A stretch of 45,954 nt of DNA, taken from positions 1 to 45,954 of the forward strand of contig CAYZSD010000006.1 in assembly GCA_964481075.1 (NCBI GenBank). Direction: 5' to 3'. Every line of letters begins with the position of its first letter. The stretch's first letter is position 1. This DNA is from an uncultured Rikenellaceae bacterium. GTDB taxonomy: Bacteria > Bacteroidota > Bacteroidia > Bacteroidales > Tenuifilaceae. Position numbers and translations under genes: made by a program. The notes under the pieces are model-generated. The model ran no database searches. It was not told where the DNA came from and saw only the letters and a program-made list of their open reading frames with translations. This document shows positions 42,655 to 45,954 of the stretch, piece after piece.

Positions 42655-44208
42655 TTATTTAGATCTGTATGATGAATTCCCATCCATTATTTTCCCTCCA
42701 GTTATCATGTCCACAACCTGAAGCCCGGCCTGCATACTAGGCCATATTCCGTGGCTAAACTTTGGAACAAAAAGACCATTGATTGGTGTTCGGGTTGGTA
42801 ATCGATTTTTCCCAAAATTCTCGGGCACAGGCATCATATCGTACTGCGAACCACTGGGTGAGCCAATAAACCTTTTGTAGGTTGCAGGAGTTGAAATATC
42901 AGTAAACAAAATGTGTTCGGTAAGGTTAGGAATCATATATTGCTCTACCTTTTTTATGTAGAACTCAGCCACGCTAAGCTTTTCATTATTATACCTTTCC
43001 AAATCCTCTTCCTTTAGCCTTATCCAATAGTCGGCATGAACAGGAACTACATGGATTATCAGGGTTGGCTTTCCACCTGTCATAAGCGAAGGGCATATCA
43101 CCGCAAGGTGAAAGCAATCGTTGGACTGTAAAAGTTCTCCCCGTCCCCAGGCTTCGAACATTGACTCAAAAGCATCGGCTCCTGACGAAAGCACGTTATA
43201 ACCGCAGTTGAAGCCTAGACCATCCAAATCGAGAGCATCATCTAACCCAAGCTGAATTGAAAAACCTGATGGCGACATACGAGCTACCATCATCTTTTTC
43301 CAGTAGTTTTCATCAGATTCCTTCATGGTTTTATTTCCGACCAACCTTTCAAAAGTTATCTTGGTATCGGCTGTACAAACCACACAATCAGAATAGAGTG
43401 TATCACCGTTTGTAGTTATTACTCCCTCAACCTGATTATTATAGATTATTATCCTTTCTACTTCGCATTTGGTTCTTATTTCACCCCCAATTTCTTCAAA
43501 CTTCTTTCTTAATGCTGTTGGTAGCTGAATGAAACCCTTTTGGGGTCTGAAACTTCCTTTTAGTGTAGTTACCATAGCACAGGCAGTAAGCAAAGCTGCG
43601 CAACGATTACCCGATAATCCGCTAAAGGACGAAAAGGTATCGAGTATTTGGAAAACTTCAGGGTTATTAAACTTGAACCGTTTAAGAAATTGGTGGTAGG
43701 TCATGTTTGATGTTGCAAGTATTCTTGGACAATGGATAAGAATACCCAGAAGTTCGTACCATTTTGGTTCAGTTTTAAGGTAATGCAATTCTTTGTGCAT
43801 TGCTATGCAGTAGCGAAAGAATGATTTGATTGCTTTTCTGTCCTCTGGGTACTTATTAACCATCATCTCCTTAAAATCTTCATACAATGAAGGAATAGAT
43901 ACAATGCTTGTGTCGCCGCTTTTCGGGTTTGCCATAAAAAGGCGGGCATAGTAACCATCGAACTTCTTAAGTTGAATGTCAACCCCAAAGAAATCGAGCA
44001 AATCGGAAATATCTGGAATAATTTGAGTTGTATCGAATCGATATCCCTCTCTGGCAAAGGTTGTTACACAACCACCAACAACCGCATTTCGCTCAAGCAC
44101 AATAATCTTCGAGTCGGCCTTGGGGAACATCTTTTTCCATGCAAGTGCTGTGCTTAGACCTGTTATACCTGCACCAACAACAATCAATCCGTAAGAATTT
44201 GAGTTCAT
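42655..44208 (-). CDS. FAD/NAD(P)-dependent oxidoreductase, phytoene-desaturase (CrtI) / amine-oxidase superfamily
   Basis: N-terminal dinucleotide-binding motif LIVVGAGITGLSTALAW and ERNAVVGGC. The 517-aa length and overall layout fit the CrtI/retinol-saturase family. The substrate cannot be inferred. Confidence 0.7.
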   Translation of the reverse strand: MNSNSYGLIVVGAGITGLSTALAWKKMFPKADSKIIVLERNAVVGGCVTTFAREGYRFDTTQIIPDISDLLDFFGVDIQLKKFDGYYARLFMANPKSGDTSIVSIPSLYEDFKEMMVNKYPEDRKAIKSFFRYCIAMHKELHYLKTEPKWYELLGILIHCPRILATSNMTYHQFLKRFKFNNPEVFQILDTFSSFSGLSGNRCAALLTACAMVTTLKGSFRPQKGFIQLPTALRKKFEEIGGEIRTKCEVERIIIYNNQVEGVITTNGDTLYSDCVVCTADTKITFERLVGNKTMKESDENYWKKMMVARMSPSGFSIQLGLDDALDLDGLGFNCGYNVLSSGADAFESMFEAWGRGELLQSNDCFHLAVICPSLMTGGKPTLIIHVVPVHADYWIRLKEEDLERYNNEKLSVAEFYIKKVEQYMIPNLTEHILFTDISTPATYKRFIGSPSGSQYDMMPVPENFGKNRLPTRTPINGLFVPKFSHGIWPSMQAGLQVVDMITGGKIMDGNSSYRSK

Positions 44209-44358
44209 TTTGCAACTTTTTAAAACAGCAAAAATAGGTTGTGTAAGTCCAAAAAATAAAAAATTGAGGTTCGATTACCTTTATAGTAAAGAATTCAAAA
44301 TATGGATACTAACACTTCAACATCAAGTTTGTAAAGTTTCTTATCTATTGTTTATTGG

Positions 44359-44775
44359 TCAATTAAAATACCTTCTAATAAGTTCCTTTTGTTGATCAGT
44401 CAAATTCCCATTCCTTGATTTTAGCTCAAGTGCTGGAGCATTCCCATTAATATTCAATCTCTTAGACATTTTGCGGAACATGCTACCCGTAGCCAGCTTA
44501 TATGTTGTGAACAACCCCAACTTTTTACCACTTACATCAACTTTTTTGGCGAAATCAACCCATTGTTTATCAGGATGCTGAAGAAAGAGCATCAGTCCGC
44601 TTGTCCAACATCCAAGTAGCAAATAATCGGCATTCTGAAGGGCTGAAAAGTCAACGTTGTCGATTGAAAAAACATGGGTTTCATGGTTAAGCCCGCTGAT
44701 AAATAAGGCTATATCTTCAGCAAACTTTTTTGTTATTCCAGTCTTACTGTGGTAAACGATGCATGCATTTCTCAT
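44359..44775 (-). CDS. Flavodoxin-like domain protein
   Basis: CIVYHSKTGITKKFAEDIA matches the flavodoxin T/S-x-T-G-x-T phosphate-binding loop. The length is 138 aa, and LLGCWTSG is the FMN ring-binding region. Confidence 0.65.
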   Translation of the reverse strand: MRNACIVYHSKTGITKKFAEDIALFISGLNHETHVFSIDNVDFSALQNADYLLLGCWTSGLMLFLQHPDKQWVDFAKKVDVSGKKLGLFTTYKLATGSMFRKMSKRLNINGNAPALELKSRNGNLTDQQKELIRRYFN

Positions 44776-44811
44776 AATCGTAATTTAGTTAAATATTTTA
44801 TAGTTAGACAC

Positions 44812-45465
44812 TTAGTTGTTGTTAATTACCTCACCAAGGCCACTAATGTTTGATATAATGGTTGACGGATGACCCTTATAGTAAACACTTCCCACTCCCG
44901 AAATGCTAACTTCGAGCTTGGTGCTTACCGTAACCCTAACATTACCTGTTCCTGAAATTTTAATATTAGCATTCTGCACTAACATACCAAAAAGATTAAT
45001 ATTGCCAGCACCCGAAATGCTAACGTGCACATTGTTTCGCTCCCCTAAACAGGTTATTGAGCCCGAACCAGTGATGTTCAACTTTTCGATGGGCAATGCA
45101 GAGTTAATCTCTCCCGCTCCCACTAAAGAAAACTCATTCAGACTTGGTGTATAAATATAGATTGTAATGGTGCTATCGGTTCTAATGTTATTGTCGCCAA
45201 ACGAAATAATAAGTGTTCCGTTGCTAACCGATGTTTCAAGGTAGGTTAGAAGGTTTTCCTGAAGCGAAACGCTTACTCCAGGATAAGTTCCATGAATTAC
45301 TTCAACATTTCCACCAATTCTGCTTTCAACCTTACTGAACGATGGAAGGTTACGATCTTCACAAACCACATTACCTTTGCCCTCAACAATATTAAAGTTG
45401 TTAATTGTTTTTTCGCATGAAGCGAAAAGGATTAATGCAAGAGCTGCAATTAAAATTGATTTCAT
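44812..45465 (-). CDS. DUF2807 ('head GIN' / putative adhesin beta-helix) lipoprotein
   Basis: Lipoprotein signal (LILFASCEK) followed by repeated GxGxV/I beta-helix rungs (ITGSGSITC; ISGAGNINLFG; ISGTGNVRV; ISGVGSVYYKG), characteristic of DUF2807 proteins. Confidence 0.7.
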   Translation of the reverse strand: MKSILIAALALILFASCEKTINNFNIVEGKGNVVCEDRNLPSFSKVESRIGGNVEVIHGTYPGVSVSLQENLLTYLETSVSNGTLIISFGDNNIRTDSTITIYIYTPSLNEFSLVGAGEINSALPIEKLNITGSGSITCLGERNNVHVSISGAGNINLFGMLVQNANIKISGTGNVRVTVSTKLEVSISGVGSVYYKGHPSTIISNISGLGEVINNN

Positions 45466-45610
45466 TGTGTTTGATTTTGAAATATTCTATTAGGGTTTAC
45501 AATTTGAATTTGAACTCAAATTTAATTGTACTACAATAATGATTCCAATTATTAATAGGTGAGAGGCGAAAAAATGAGAGTGAAGGGCGGAATGGTGGGG
45601 ATGAAAGTTT

Positions 45611-45907
45611 TTAAATACTTTTAGAACTCATTAACCTACTGAGTCCGCTGTATGGATGTAGAGAAGTAACATCAAAACTAATCAAGCCCTTTTTAACCAA
45701 AGGACAATAATCGAGTATTGATTTTGCAACCTCAAGGCTATCGCATTCCATTAACAGCACTGCATTCTTTTTCTCGTTAAAGTAAATTTCTCTAATCACT
45801 CCATCGAGATAAAGTTTATAAACATACTCGGCTTCAGCCTTCAGGGTATCGCCATGCAAACTCCAATCGATCCCAGCTGCTTCCTTCTCTAATGCTAGTA
45901 TTTTCAT
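45611..45907 (-). CDS. Muconolactone delta-isomerase-family small protein
   Basis: 98 aa. LKAEAEYVYKLYLDGVIREIYF...MECDSLEVAKSILDYCPLVKKGLISFDVTSLHPYS parallels the MLI family pattern (KADEKELAQRLQKEGKW...FDVPSVEALHDTLMQLPLFPYMDIEV). Confidence 0.55.
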   Translation of the reverse strand: MKILALEKEAAGIDWSLHGDTLKAEAEYVYKLYLDGVIREIYFNEKKNAVLLMECDSLEVAKSILDYCPLVKKGLISFDVTSLHPYSGLSRLMSSKSI

Positions 45908-45954
45908 CTTATAATCCTGTAAAAAAACCTATTCTGCCAACTTTTTGAGAGTAC

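Noticed and set aside
1-45954. CRISPR arrays, tRNA/rRNA genes, transposases/integrases, phage genes
   Set aside because: No regularly spaced direct repeats, no cloverleaf-compatible GC-rich 70-90 nt segments and no DDE/tyrosine-recombinase motifs were seen in any frame. The window appears to be chromosomal backbone rather than a mobile island.

Overview
This is an AT-rich window of about 38% GC that looks like Bacteroidota chromosome, judged from a TAnnTTTG/-33 TTTG type promoter, a UpxY-family NusG paralog, DUF2723, DUF2807, a SPOR-domain RlpA and many signal-peptide/TPR proteins. Housekeeping genes (tRNA-dihydrouridine synthase, rpiB, hemW, rlpA) are interleaved with accessory modules. The first module (2.2-5.3 kb) is a TetR-regulated ABC-2 exporter operon with an acyl-CoA synthetase gene on the opposite strand. 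The most unusual part is 7.2-26.2 kb. It holds a large Cache-HAMP-GAF-PAS-PAS sensor with no recognisable output domain, divergently transcribed from the first of five tandem paralogous genes. Each of these encodes an N-terminal signal peptide/anchor, an extracytoplasmic TPR array, one TM helix, a coiled-coil 'QRD' signalling helix and a cytoplasmic PP2C/SpoIIE phosphatase. A sixth gene has the same sensor scaffold but a histidine-kinase output. Paralogs 2-5 are very similar in the PP2C domain, and paralog 5 carries an in-frame amber codon exactly at a conserved Gln. No anti-sigma-factor/STAS partner and no response regulator are present in the window. Downstream are a cell-envelope operon (Ig-like protein, OM beta-barrel, RlpA-SPOR) and a canonical NfeD-flotillin pair. 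Then come an AraC-GyrI regulator plus a standalone GyrI-like protein separated by a conspicuous GC-rich nested hairpin. Then come a QW-motif alpha/alpha-toroid protein, a 1030-aa DUF2723 GT-C-like membrane protein with a TPR tail, and two hypothetical proteins. The window ends with a fused MFS/spermidine-synthase, CrtI-family FAD oxidoreductase and flavodoxin cluster, followed by a DUF2807 lipoprotein and a muconolactone-isomerase-like gene. No rRNA, tRNA, CRISPR or obvious transposase/integrase was found.
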